IMG/VR virus record: IMGVR_UViG_3300033143_006101
Span: 124,001 to 188,000 of that record
Length of the DNA: 64,000 nucleotides
Direction: 5' to 3' (one strand)
The translations under genes were made by a program, and so were the position numbers. Shown here in pieces: positions 38,983 to 48,853 of this stretch (the first letter of the stretch is position 1; every line of letters starts with the position of its first letter). The notes below the pieces were generated by a model, which worked only from the letters and a program-made list of their open reading frames with translations, had not been told where the DNA came from and did not search any database.

Positions 38983-39588
38983 TTACCTCGACATTTTATG
39001 TACTCTAATAGGTATTCGACTCAATGAATTTACTAAATCTTCATTCTTTATACGATAAGACATTGACAATTCCTTACTAACCTTTGCATACTCGGGGCTT
39101 TCTAACCAATCAACATATTTCATATCACCTCGAGTCTTATTACACTTTTTACAAGAAGTTATCAAATTCTTCTCTATTGAAGGACCTCCGTCTTTCCATA
39201 GTATTAAGTGATCTACTGTAAGAGGTACATCGTTCCGGCCACAGTATCGACAAGTATAATTATCTCTTCTATATACTGCCCAGGATACTCTTTGTTCTAT
39301 TTGTCTAGTTGTTTTTCGTAGTATAGCTTTACCTATTATTTTATTATCTCCCAATTCAGCCAAAACCTCTGTTTCCACGATATCCGTTTGCCGAAGAAAC
39401 TTTTTCCAGTCATCCTCATCCATCAAAAGAACCTTCATTTCATTACCGAGAGCCTCATCAAACTCGTCCGGAAAAAAACAAAGGTAGTCCCTACCATCTC
39501 CCGACCATATCGCACCCGAGATCTGTACTGTATTTCCTATATCCAATAAATTAATATCATCCAATTTCACAAAATCTTCATCTTGCAT
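38983..39588 (-). CDS. HNH endonuclease
   Basis: RDNYTCRYCG, TVDHL, GG, NLITSCKKCN. Confidence 0.85.
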   Translation of the reverse strand: MQDEDFVKLDDINLLDIGNTVQISGAIWSGDGRDYLCFFPDEFDEALGNEMKVLLMDEDDWKKFLRQTDIVETEVLAELGDNKIIGKAILRKTTRQIEQRVSWAVYRRDNYTCRYCGRNDVPLTVDHLILWKDGGPSIEKNLITSCKKCNKTRGDMKYVDWLESPEYAKVSKELSMSYRIKNEDLVNSLSRIPIRVHKMSR

Positions 39589-39937
39589 GATCTACCTCCA
39601 ACATTTTATATACTTTCTTTCCAGTTTTAGAATCAGGACATAATTCTAACACATCAACTTTTGATAAATCAAGACTTGGTGTATTAAATATCTCCAAGGT
39701 TCTTGCAAACACTTCATTTTTAAATTCTATATCCATATCACCCCAAGAAACACAGTGTACCGCCTGCAGAGTATTGTATATAGCAGAAGATGGGTGAATA
39801 TTTAAAATCTTACAGCAATTATCAATTGTACAGATACTAAAATGGGGTCCCTTAAACATATCTTTAAGACTAACCATGACAGCTTTTTTCTGAAAATCTA
39901 CAAGGGGCATTTTTGATGCATTATTAAATAATTCCAT
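39578..39937 (-). CDS. hypothetical protein
   Basis: ORF in operon. Confidence 0.55.
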   Translation of the reverse strand: MELFNNASKMPLVDFQKKAVMVSLKDMFKGPHFSICTIDNCCKILNIHPSSAIYNTLQAVHCVSWGDMDIEFKNEVFARTLEIFNTPSLDLSKVDVLELCPDSKTGKKVYKMLEVDHAR

Positions 39938-40189
39938 TGTACACCCACCCTAAATTCTTTTAAATCTCCACATTGCTCACATTCTAAAACAAATACTTCG
40001 CCTGTTTTATTTGTTTCTTTGGTCACCATATTCATAGATTCCAGCTTATAGCTTTCTGTTCTTTTCCATTTAGGATGTAAGCATGGAAGTACAGGTACTA
40101 ATCTTGCCAAACCACAATGCTTACAATATTGATATCCCTTTTCCACTCTATCATATTTATGAACACAAAGTTTACCTACTAACCAATTA

Positions 40190-40782
40190 ATCATAGCTAA
40201 AGATATCTCCAATTTTTACCATATTTTATAGAATATATAGTTTGAACCACTACATTATATTTTTTAGCTATTACACTACAACTAATTATTTTTAAATCTT
40301 TTTTAATTTGAATCACGTTTTTCTCTGTGAGTTTGACTAAAGGGTGTTTTTCTCCAATAGTATGCTTTTACTTCTTAAAATCTTATCATTAGCATTATCT
40401 TGATAAGTACCTGGATAGATATGATCTGGATTTATACATAATGAATTATCACATTTATGACAAATTATTTTATTTTGAGGAAATTTTCCAAATTTTTTCT
40501 CATAAAAATATTTTACTACTAAAAATTTTTTTCCATTCCTTTTTAAACGAGGATAGCCTCTAGTTAACGATTTTTTCTAGGAATTTTATAATAGTTTAAA
40601 GCACGTTCAATTGAACCAACACTCCTATTAAAATTTTTACTAATTTCTATATTGGTTAAATTTGTATGATTAACACAATATTTCAAATTTTCCAATTCTT
40701 GCCTAGTCCACTTCATCATCGTAATACCAGCCTTCTCTTTCTTTATTACGTCTTGTAATATATGTAACTCTTTCCCTCTCAT
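40190..40782 (-). pseudogene. degenerate HNH homing endonuclease fragments
   Basis: 'CHKCDNSLCINPDHIYPGTYQDN' readable near 40400-40470; broken frames. Confidence 0.65.
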
Positions 40783-41566
40783 ATTCTTTAGCGGTTAGCA
40801 CCATACTTGTTACATTAAATTTCCTATCTCCCCCACTTGTGCAAAACCCAGCTTCAATTGTTTGAAAAGTGGACGCATCCAAGACCGAATTATAAGTTCT
40901 CCCAGTCTCCTCCAATTGCCAATCAACAAACAATCTATTGCCAGTAATAGAATATTCCAAAACTTTACTACCTACATTTCCAAATGCTAAAGCTAATCTA
41001 CCAGGCAATGACTCTGCCCATTCTTTTACTTTCTTATCATATATAACTTTTTCATCTGCTTTACGAATTGCTTCTTTTTCTAGACTATGAAACAAGTAAA
41101 GAGTCTTGAGTTCAGGGGTCACTCCTTTCTTTTCTATGATGCTCCTATCATTATCAAATTCCGATTTTACATCATAGATAAAAGCATCCTCATAGTTTAC
41201 ACTATAGTAATATAAACAATTATCTTCCCAGAGGATTGCCTTAACAGCAGAAAATGTTGGAGCAGTATTAAAATGTAACACAGTCATCATATCAATGCCA
41301 AGTTTACGTTTACCTACATCAAAATTCTGGAAGATTAGATTATTATTATACGTATAACCTTTAATAGTTTTTGCTTTCGGAAATTCTATTTCCGGTGATA
41401 CTCCTTCAATACATCCACATTCATTACCATTAAGCTTAACTTTATACCAACCATAAATATGTGCATCACACATAGTATATTTCTTCCTGTTGTATTGAAA
41501 ACACCCATCTACAATAGGAACAATAACTTCTTTGGGTCCAACAAATTTATTAAAATCAATAGACAT
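40703..41566 (-). CDS. hypothetical protein, candidate E2-like/Cys carrier of the Ubl system
   Basis: C-terminal domain with 'IEAGFCTSGGDRKF'; function inferred from context only. Confidence 0.4.
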   Translation of the reverse strand: MSIDFNKFVGPKEVIVPIVDGCFQYNRKKYTMCDAHIYGWYKVKLNGNECGCIEGVSPEIEFPKAKTIKGYTYNNNLIFQNFDVGKRKLGIDMMTVLHFNTAPTFSAVKAILWEDNCLYYYSVNYEDAFIYDVKSEFDNDRSIIEKKGVTPELKTLYLFHSLEKEAIRKADEKVIYDKKVKEWAESLPGRLALAFGNVGSKVLEYSITGNRLFVDWQLEETGRTYNSVLDASTFQTIEAGFCTSGGDRKFNVTSMVLTAKEYERERVTYITRRNKEREGWYYDDEVD

Positions 41567-41963
41567 ACTCAGCTGGTTTCTCCGCTTTAGAAGGAACTTC
41601 TCTAGATATTCCTATAATCTCTTTTGATTCAAGTATATTACGATAGCAACTACATGCCTTTATTCTTAAACCTACTACTGTAAATTCATAAGTTTTACCC
41701 TTTTCTATATCAGAATATACATCACTACTATCACATTTCAATGCCCATATTTCATCTGTATTTTCTAATACTTCTTTATTTGTGAAAATGATATATTTAT
41801 CATCATCCCCATCTCGCTTAGTAACCTTATCCTTCACAGTAGCAACAACTGTATCCTGTGTTACTAAGTAGCATATAAGATCACCACATGCAAAAAGAAG
41901 AACAAGTACTATCCCGAGTATTATATGTGAACTATTATTATTCATCTTCTTTCTCCTTCTCAA
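41556..41963 (-). CDS. DUF1523-like membrane-anchored protein
   Basis: TM segment, then KYIIFT..EVLENTD...SSDVY...GKTY.F.V.G.R. Confidence 0.65.
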   Translation of the reverse strand: MRRRKKMNNNSSHIILGIVLVLLFACGDLICYLVTQDTVVATVKDKVTKRDGDDDKYIIFTNKEVLENTDEIWALKCDSSDVYSDIEKGKTYEFTVVGLRIKACSCYRNILESKEIIGISREVPSKAEKPAEYVY

Positions 41964-42402
41964 TTGTATGTTCTATCCCCAATTTTAAAATATCTCTTAC
42001 TTCCATAAGAAGCATACCTAACATATTCCTACCTCTACCATTACAAATACCCCAATAAGTATCATCCCAATTATTACCTTCTATTAATTCTAAATTATGA
42101 GTATCTAATAATCGTTCTTTTAGATCAGAATGCTGAGTAAATTTAAGTAAAAGACCTAAATACATTATACTATCTTTTACCTTTTCTCAATCTTCACGCA
42201 TTCTTACTTTTCTACCTAAACGTTTCGCACTTCCAGGTCCGGGTACTCGCCTTATCTCTTCATGATCAGCTTCGAATTTAGCTTTATGAGACTGAAAAAA
42301 ATGTTCATTAGTAGGATACATTTTACCATTATAAATCATTTCTGCTTTATAAAAATTAGACAGAAAATCATAAATACCTGAAAAATTATCGATATTTTCC
42401 AT
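41938..42402 (-). pseudogene. NADAR (YbiA-like) protein interrupted by in-frame TGA
   Basis: FLSNFY, EHFFQ..K, AKRLGR, RED*EKVKD (stop at conserved Trp, 42187-42189), KFTQH, LIEGN.W.D.YWG, GRNMLG. Confidence 0.85.
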
Positions 42403-42534
42403 TACCTCTTCTCCTGCTCTTAAGCTCTTGTAATACTTCATCTTTTAATTAATCATTCGATATAGTATTAAAATAATCTAGTAATAAGCATAACTCATAA
42501 TGTGCATAATGCTTTAAACACTCTATCTTATTTT

Positions 42535-42951
42535 CTATTTTCCTATCCCCACGTCCATCATTTCTCTCAATTGCCGAATCTGTTGACATCCGCACTCTCC
42601 TATCATTGCTATTGTTTTTTTCATATTTTTTTCGTTTAAAAAGAAATCTTCTAAATGCTCCAGCACATCTCTTATCCCTAATTCTTTAACAGTATCCTCA
42701 TGCACATAAGAAATAGGTCGCTTAAAAATACGACCCATTGCAATGTTTCTTCCCATTTCTTTATTATAATTCTTATCGGCAGGGTGAAGAACAGCTATAC
42801 CTACACGATAAGCCGAATCTATTTGTGCCATTACAATCGTAAATTTACGTCCACCATTCTTATGGCAGTGACGAATGTAAGGCGTTACTTCTAAATGATT
42901 ATTTTCATCATCTTGTGTATAACACAGTACTCCTCCAGCAAAAGTAACCAT
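42535..42951 (-). CDS. hypothetical phage protein
   Basis: 'GIAVLHPADKNYNKEMGRNIA' motif. Confidence 0.6.
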   Translation of the reverse strand: MVTFAGGVLCYTQDDENNHLEVTPYIRHCHKNGGRKFTIVMAQIDSAYRVGIAVLHPADKNYNKEMGRNIAMGRIFKRPISYVHEDTVKELGIRDVLEHLEDFFLNEKNMKKTIAMIGECGCQQIRQLREMMDVGIGK

Positions 42952-42964
42952 ATCATTCTCCTTA

Positions 42965-44617
42965 TTATTTTAATTTTATAGACTCATACCACCGTGGGAG
43001 TTCAAGAAGAGGAGTACCCATAATGTCATCAATTATAGACATTGCTCCCCTCATAGCATCCCGTACTGCTTGAGCTACTAAAGCACTTTCAGTTAATGTA
43101 TTAGGATCCACTCTACTAACAGGTATTCCTACAGCTTCGAGAGAATCAGATAGCCTTTCTCTACGAGTAGTAATTGTTCCTGGTGGAAACATTATTACCA
43201 CTGCAGCTTTAGGGCGACCAAGCCCCTTCTCATCACAGTTTTCAACTATTTGTCTGATAACACCAGTATTGTGATCTTCATCTGTAAGATAAATATCAAT
43301 TTCACAATTTAATTTACGAGCATCTTCATACCATGACAAACAATTTGTTCCATGACCACCACAATGAATACCATACAACCTTGCCATGAATGCATCCTTT
43401 TCAAATGTTTCAGGTAGATCTAACTCCCTCTTATCATCATCAAATAATCCCCAATGAAAATTCTCTTCTGGATTCTTAATGCATTCTGCTATAATAGAAC
43501 CACGTTCCTTAGCAAAGTTAATTGCATGCATCATAGAAGGGCTTGCATCTATATGAACAAACACTTTACCAAGATCACCTACAATTTCTTTTCTTTTGTC
43601 AGCACGAGCTTTCTTAAGTTCTTTACTAACATCTGCATCTACTTCAGTAGTAATTTTATCTACACGATCTAAAGCAGTCTTAGCAGTTTTAATCTTCTCT
43701 GTAAAGACTTCCATTATTTCCTTATCTTTAAGCAAACCTTCTTTATCAAAAAGTTCACGATAAATAACTGCTTGATCACCACTACATTGTTCAAGTACTG
43801 CAGCTGCAATAACTGGCGATATCTTTTTATTCAAAGCACCCAGTACACCCTGAGGTTTTAACTTCTCCTCACGGATCTTTTCTGCTATTGCAAGATCACT
43901 AAGCCCCTTGAAATTAAAGATTTCACTTTTCTCCGCAACTCTTCCGTCCTTTTGATCCCATCCAAACACAGCAACGGCTTCATCAGAAGGAGCTATATGC
44001 AAAGCCCTATACATATTCAACATAATCTTAGTAAAAGCTGCTTTTTTAATTCCTTCCAAAGCTTTTGGATTCTGTTCACGAAAACGAATATACTTCTTAC
44101 ATGCATTTTTAAGACTACGAGCGAAGTGTGTACCTTCTTTATACCTTGCACCAAGTGGCATCTTGAGATTTGCTATCGTAATCAAACGAGACACTAACTT
44201 TGGATCCATAGTTAATACAGCAGCCTGGGCAACTCTACGATAATTAGGTTTTTTATAATCACTGCCTTCTGAGAAAGGTGTACCATCTGCATCACTCAAA
44301 GAATTGATAAATGTAGATAGAACTTTTAAATCCTTTCCATCAGATTTAGTTATAGCCCAGCTGTTAAAATGAGCTAAAAAGACAGGATCTTGATCAGCAA
44401 GAGTTATAAAAGTATCAAGTATAGGTTGTAACCTTTGCTCTTGTACTTCAGGCACTTCTGTTATAGTCCCATCTGGATTACGCCGTTTTCTCATAATAGT
44501 CTGTCCATTCTGCAGGGTGTTCTTAGACCATACATGTGTACATCCACTGATAATTGTTTTATAAACATCTAAACGAGTTTCGTCGTTCAGATAAGCGAGT
44601 TGATTCTCTTGTGCCAT
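42965..44617 (-). CDS. Ro60/Rsr-like TROVE-vWA RNA-binding protein
   Basis: helical N-terminus with 'DPVFLAH', 'RSLKNA', 'RALHIAP'; C-terminal vWA MIDAS DASPS...T...TD; Y-RNA-like gene directly upstream. Confidence 0.7.
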   Translation of the reverse strand: MAQENQLAYLNDETRLDVYKTIISGCTHVWSKNTLQNGQTIMRKRRNPDGTITEVPEVQEQRLQPILDTFITLADQDPVFLAHFNSWAITKSDGKDLKVLSTFINSLSDADGTPFSEGSDYKKPNYRRVAQAAVLTMDPKLVSRLITIANLKMPLGARYKEGTHFARSLKNACKKYIRFREQNPKALEGIKKAAFTKIMLNMYRALHIAPSDEAVAVFGWDQKDGRVAEKSEIFNFKGLSDLAIAEKIREEKLKPQGVLGALNKKISPVIAAAVLEQCSGDQAVIYRELFDKEGLLKDKEIMEVFTEKIKTAKTALDRVDKITTEVDADVSKELKKARADKRKEIVGDLGKVFVHIDASPSMMHAINFAKERGSIIAECIKNPEENFHWGLFDDDKRELDLPETFEKDAFMARLYGIHCGGHGTNCLSWYEDARKLNCEIDIYLTDEDHNTGVIRQIVENCDEKGLGRPKAAVVIMFPPGTITTRRERLSDSLEAVGIPVSRVDPNTLTESALVAQAVRDAMRGAMSIIDDIMGTPLLELPRWYESIKLK

Positions 44618-44645
44618 AATAGTCTCCTCCCAAAATAATTTGTAA

Positions 44646-44780
44646 ATGGCAGTTCAAGTTGTAAAAATAGTTTTTTCAGTCCTCAAAACTGATGCTCTAC
44701 CCAACTGAGCTAATTACCGAATGGTTGGTAATGAGAGATTTGAACTCTCGGCTTGTATATTCTTACGATGGAACTGCCAT
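44646..44780 (-). ncRNA. Y RNA-like 1: bulged-C stem enclosing a circularly permuted tRNA (T arm, closed acceptor, D arm, anticodon arm)
   Basis: AUGGCAGUUC(C)A/UGAACUGCCAU; gagag-UUCAAAU-cucuc; auuacc-aaccauuc-gguaau; UAGCUCAGUUGGGUAGAGC; ucagu-uuugagg-acuga. Confidence 0.85.
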
Positions 44781-44787
44781 ATATAAA

Positions 44788-45078
44788 TCATCCTGCTTCA
44801 CTATTAGGTATTACATAGATATTGTGTCTATCTTCAGCTCTATGAATCTTATATATCCAACCAGTCCTATCATCCTTTATGTCTTTATCAAATACTTCAA
44901 CAAGCACCGGGCGAATTGTCTCAAGAATTTCTTCATCCGTAGAATCAAAAGAAAGCCCCAAATCACTAAGATCCCTTTGATAATCCTGTCTTTGAATAGG
45001 TACAATAAGCTTGTTACGAGCACCATCATCAAGAGGCGTAAGCTCTATTGTTGCAGGAACATTATTTTCAGTTGTCAT
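44788..45078 (-). CDS. putative ubiquitin-like (beta-grasp) protein
   Basis: 96 aa, beta-beta-alpha-beta-beta pattern, ends IYVIPNSEAG; near E1 and JAB genes. Confidence 0.55.
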   Translation of the reverse strand: MTTENNVPATIELTPLDDGARNKLIVPIQRQDYQRDLSDLGLSFDSTDEEILETIRPVLVEVFDKDIKDDRTGWIYKIHRAEDRHNIYVIPNSEAG

Positions 45079-45665
45079 AATATTACCTCCTTAAAATAAA
45101 TTTAGTATTCATCTTCTTCATCTTTCTTTTCTTTAGTTGTTACACCAGCTCGTCTATTTACTTCTTTTATCATTAAACTACCCCCAAGCCAATACTTTGT
45201 ATTCATTTCTTTATCCTGAAAAGAAACAAAACCTTCATTAAATTGTAAATTATCTGCATAAAATTTATCAGCTGTTGTAGCAGCATAAGGTGTAATTAAA
45301 TATCTATAAGAAAACTCTTTTAACTCTTCTTTTGCTTCATCAACAACAGGATCATTTTTTGATTCTCCATTATTATTAACAGTTTGAATAGTCTGTTTAC
45401 TACTTGCACCTGCCATATTTAATTTAGTCTCACACACCTTCAAATCGTTTTTATATCTAACAGCATCCGCATTATCTGAACTACAACTCTGTGCTCCACA
45501 AACACAACCTCCGCAACCATCAACTAAACAACCACTCACATAAAAAATTAATGAACAATAAAGAAAAGCTTTAGTATGATTTTTTTAAAATTCTTCCTTT
45601 ATACTCTTCCAAAGTATATCCCATTCAAAATCACCGTTGTATCCATCCCTACATCTAATCATAGC

Positions 45666-46703
45666 TTACTCCTTATCTTTTTTTTGAAATATTCCTTTTA
45701 TCTTATCCATTGTTTGTTGTATAATTAGCTTACCTAAAAATAATTTATTCAATAATCTAGTCGCTCTATCCTCTTCTACCATAAGATTTTTATAATTGCT
45801 ACGATTTGTACCCTCAAGTCGTTGATTCCTGTCTTTAGCATCCTTAATTATCTCCTTCATTAACTTGTTATCCATCTCAGGTATACGATCTAATTCATAT
45901 AAAGGATCTTCTGTCTTAACTACTTCTAGGAATTTATCAAGAGTCAAATCACAATGTTCATCAATCCAATCCATAATAAAATAGAGACGATCATGTAAAT
46001 ATTCTTGAACACCAAATAAAATTGGATCCTTTTCCTTAATTTTCTTCTTAGTTGTTTTTACTTCTTTCTCTAGTTTCTTTCCAGTAGCCTTTTCTTGTTC
46101 CTTTTCTTCTTTAGTTTGTACCTTACCTTTATGATCCCCATATAATATTAAATAAGTATCAAACAAATTTAATTGCTTAAAATTTTTCAATGCCTTCTGT
46201 ACTTTTGCAGGCAATACTCTCGGATAATCTTCAAGTTTATCCAACTTAACTTCAACATCACGAACATTATGCATGAATCTTTCAACTACAGCTCTATCAA
46301 TTATATATTCTATACCACAAGCTAAAATCTCTGATTCTCTAACAGTAACTGCTAATTGAAAAGCAAACTCCTCATACAATGCCTGTTGTCCACTAAACTT
46401 GGCTTGCATTACCAGTGCTTTTAACTTCTCTAGTCGTTCTTGGAGTCTGACTTGCTGAAGTTTTGTAAGTTTACTTTTTACAAATTTAAAATAAAATTTT
46501 AAAGGAGCTTTTCTACTCTTAGGATACCTGCCATTTCGAATAGCGTGTATTTCGGAATCGCTGGCACCGGATGAAGGGGCAAATGGTTCGTAAACATTAC
46601 TACCCCATTCAAGACCACTTGCCGTGTGTATTTCAATATTAATAGGTGATGTGTCTATAGTACCAAAAGTACTTATATTAGCAGTATTATATATTCTAGA
46701 CAT
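45666..46703 (-). CDS. hypothetical protein
   Basis: 345-aa ORF with AGGAGGAGG RBS; 'KDPILFG...RLYFIMDW'. Confidence 0.7.
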   Translation of the reverse strand: MSRIYNTANISTFGTIDTSPINIEIHTASGLEWGSNVYEPFAPSSGASDSEIHAIRNGRYPKSRKAPLKFYFKFVKSKLTKLQQVRLQERLEKLKALVMQAKFSGQQALYEEFAFQLAVTVRESEILACGIEYIIDRAVVERFMHNVRDVEVKLDKLEDYPRVLPAKVQKALKNFKQLNLFDTYLILYGDHKGKVQTKEEKEQEKATGKKLEKEVKTTKKKIKEKDPILFGVQEYLHDRLYFIMDWIDEHCDLTLDKFLEVVKTEDPLYELDRIPEMDNKLMKEIIKDAKDRNQRLEGTNRSNYKNLMVEEDRATRLLNKLFLGKLIIQQTMDKIKGIFQKKDKE

Positions 46704-46711
46704 GCCTCCTC

Positions 46712-47260
46712 CTATTGCATAACTGTTGTAATCAAAGACATAATAAGTTTAATTTTATCAGATTCTGACTTTTTAAGCTCATTTATCATAAAATCAATTT
46801 CTTCTTTTTCTGCAATTCGTAATAATTGTAATTTATTATCTATCTTTGAATTACCAACGCTACCATCATCAAGTATTACAATACCTTTACCATGTTTATT
46901 TTCATTAGTAGCATCTGTAATTAAACAAGGTATATTCAAATGAACTTTTATACCTGAACTAGAACTGGCTGTCTGTATTACTACAATACCTTGCTCAAAA
47001 GCTACACGAGCATCACTATCTTTTTTAGGTGGTATATTTAAATCCAAACCTTCATTCATTAATTCCCTAACCACATCTGAATAACACCCAAATTTATCAC
47101 TATAAATTATCTTTTGCATATTCCTTTCTTTCTTAGATAATTTACTTTTCTTAGGCTTATACGATCTTGGATATAAATTATTTTTCTTGCCCCAATTTAC
47201 AGTATTTTCATATAAAATATCTGCTAATGCTTTTTTTGTTGAATCTGCTGGTTTTATCAT
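46712..47260 (-). CDS. hypothetical protein
   Basis: ORF with AGGAGG RBS. Confidence 0.6.
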   Translation of the reverse strand: MIKPADSTKKALADILYENTVNWGKKNNLYPRSYKPKKSKLSKKERNMQKIIYSDKFGCYSDVVRELMNEGLDLNIPPKKDSDARVAFEQGIVVIQTASSSSGIKVHLNIPCLITDATNENKHGKGIVILDDGSVGNSKIDNKLQLLRIAEKEEIDFMINELKKSESDKIKLIMSLITTVMQ

Positions 47261-47945
47261 GGAAACTTCCTCCTTAATATTAAACATGTTATAATAATAA
47301 AAACAATTAATAACCCATAACCAATAAATGTATATAACATTGTTGGCTCAGCACTAGAAAATAAAATAAATACAATAGCTGCACCTAAAATAGAACCATA
47401 AAAAAACAATCCAATTATTTCAATTTTTCTCATAGCCATTATTGAAATCATCTTGTATCTCTCTTATTTCTTTACCTAATCCTTTCATGAAGGATCCACC
47501 ACCAGATTTAGAAATTGTAGTGCATCCTTTAGTAAGCATTGAAATTATTACAACATAGCATAATATAATTAAAATCATACCTGCTAATGCAAAACCCTAT
47601 AATTTTATTCATTTTTCTTCAATCTCCTCCACATGGTTCCATTTAACCAAAACAAGATCAAAAAATTTATCACGTTCTTCTTCTGTATGAAAAACACAGT
47701 CGATCAAATCACGAACACGACATATAGGTTTGCCCCTTTGCCTGATAGCAACATCATCACATGAAAACCATACCGCAGGGGGTTTTTCTTCCTTCGATAT
47801 GCTTGATGAGTCTAACCAAACGGAAACGCCTTTTAGAATTGATTCGGTATTAGGTAAGATCTTATCCAGATCTATAGCTCAATTAAGACATTCTACAATA
47901 TGCATCTCCAAGTAACCTCAAACTAATACAACTATTTATTTTTTA

Positions 47946-48087
47946 ACAGTAGTTCAAGTTGGTATATTTAAGCTGGATCAGTGGTAAGCCCGTATAACCC
48001 CAGGCCCCTGGGCTTTTAGTCCTTGCGAGACTACGTTGCTATAAACAACGCTTTTGTGCTTGTAAAATATACCTGTGGAACTACTGC
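47946..48087 (-). ncRNA. Y RNA-like 2: bulged-C stem enclosing a three-hairpin non-tRNA domain
   Basis: GCAGUAGUUC(C)A/UGAACUACUGU; ggUAUAUUU/AAAUAUAcc; UACAAGC motif. Confidence 0.75.
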
Positions 48088-48099
48088 AAATTTTCATTT

Positions 48100-48153
48100 C
48101 TAACTGTCCTAATAGGGAGGTCACGGAGGTCCTACAATAATTAGGACAGTTAG
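48100..48153 (-). ncRNA. hairpin RNA with 14-bp stem and two GACCUCC motifs in loop
   Basis: cuaacuguccuaau/auuaggacaguuag, located between Y2 and Y3. Confidence 0.45.
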
Positions 48154-48156
48154 AGT

Positions 48157-48232
48157 ATAGGGAGTCCAAGTTTATATTACACGTCAAGTAACCCGAAGAT
48201 AACTTGTAGGTAACATATATGAAACTCCCTAT
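48157..48232 (-). ncRNA. Y RNA-like 3: minimal 76-nt form
   Basis: AUAGGGAGUUU(C)A/UGGACUCCCUAU; UACAAG motif; AACUU 3' internal loop; abuts tRNA-Met 3' end. Confidence 0.7.
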
Positions 48233-48308
48233 TTGCAGGAGAGAGATTCGAACTCCCGTATGACCTTGGTTATGAGCCAAGCGACCTAGCCAGCTGGTCT
48301 ATCCTGCA
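48233..48308 (-). tRNA. tRNA with CAT anticodon (Met, or Ile2)
   Basis: TGCAGGA/TCCTGCA acceptor, cttgg-CTCATAA-ccaag, GTTCGAATC T-loop; CCA not encoded. Confidence 0.88.
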
Positions 48309-48596
48309 TTATTCCTTATTCCTTTTCTTCTTCCTTTTCTCTGCTTCTGAATCTGGCATTGCATCATGACATTTCTTACAATATACATCACACTTCTTAA
48401 TCTCTCTCAAAAATCTGTCAGGTGCCCAAGACCATATTCTATGATCTACTTTTTTACCAGGTTCTCTATGGTGAAGAGAAAGATTTTTTGTTGTGCCACA
48501 TCCTTTGCACTTCTTACCTTTATAAAACCTTTCCCTTCTTTTACGTAACCATTCTTTTTGATAGCTTTTTAAATCTTCCTTGTCTTTGTAGGGCAT
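48309..48596 (-). CDS. small HNH endonuclease
   Basis: CKGCG..NLSLHH...KCDVYCKKCH; inserted within the RNA cluster. Confidence 0.8.
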   Translation of the reverse strand: MPYKDKEDLKSYQKEWLRKRRERFYKGKKCKGCGTTKNLSLHHREPGKKVDHRIWSWAPDRFLREIKKCDVYCKKCHDAMPDSEAEKRKKKRNKE

Positions 48597-48603
48597 TAGT
48601 TTA

Positions 48604-48804
48604 TTAAGTCACACGAACCGCTACTGCTCGTGGTCCTTTATCTCCTTGCTCAGTATCAAATTCCACTGCATCTCCTTCATTTAATGTTTTAAATCCAGTA
48701 CCTTCAATACTACTATGATGTACAAAAATATCATTTCCATCATCATCTGTAATAAAACCAAAACCTTTTTTCTCGTTAAACCATTTTACTTTACCTTGCG
48801 ACAT
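48604..48804 (-). CDS. cspA: cold-shock domain protein
   Basis: [34 protein letters not shown]. Confidence 0.95.
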   Translation of the reverse strand: MSQGKVKWFNEKKGFGFITDDDGNDIFVHHSSIEGTGFKTLNEGDAVEFDTEQGDKGPRAVAVRVT

Positions 48805-48853
48805 ATTTTTACCTCTATTGCTTAAATTCAACCCGTTGAATCCAACTGGTTAT

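Noticed and set aside
44692-45099. Plus-strand 135-aa ORF, and the minus-strand 47978-48280 ORF
   Set aside because: Shadow ORFs over the Ubl gene and structured RNA genes; no RBS and atypical composition
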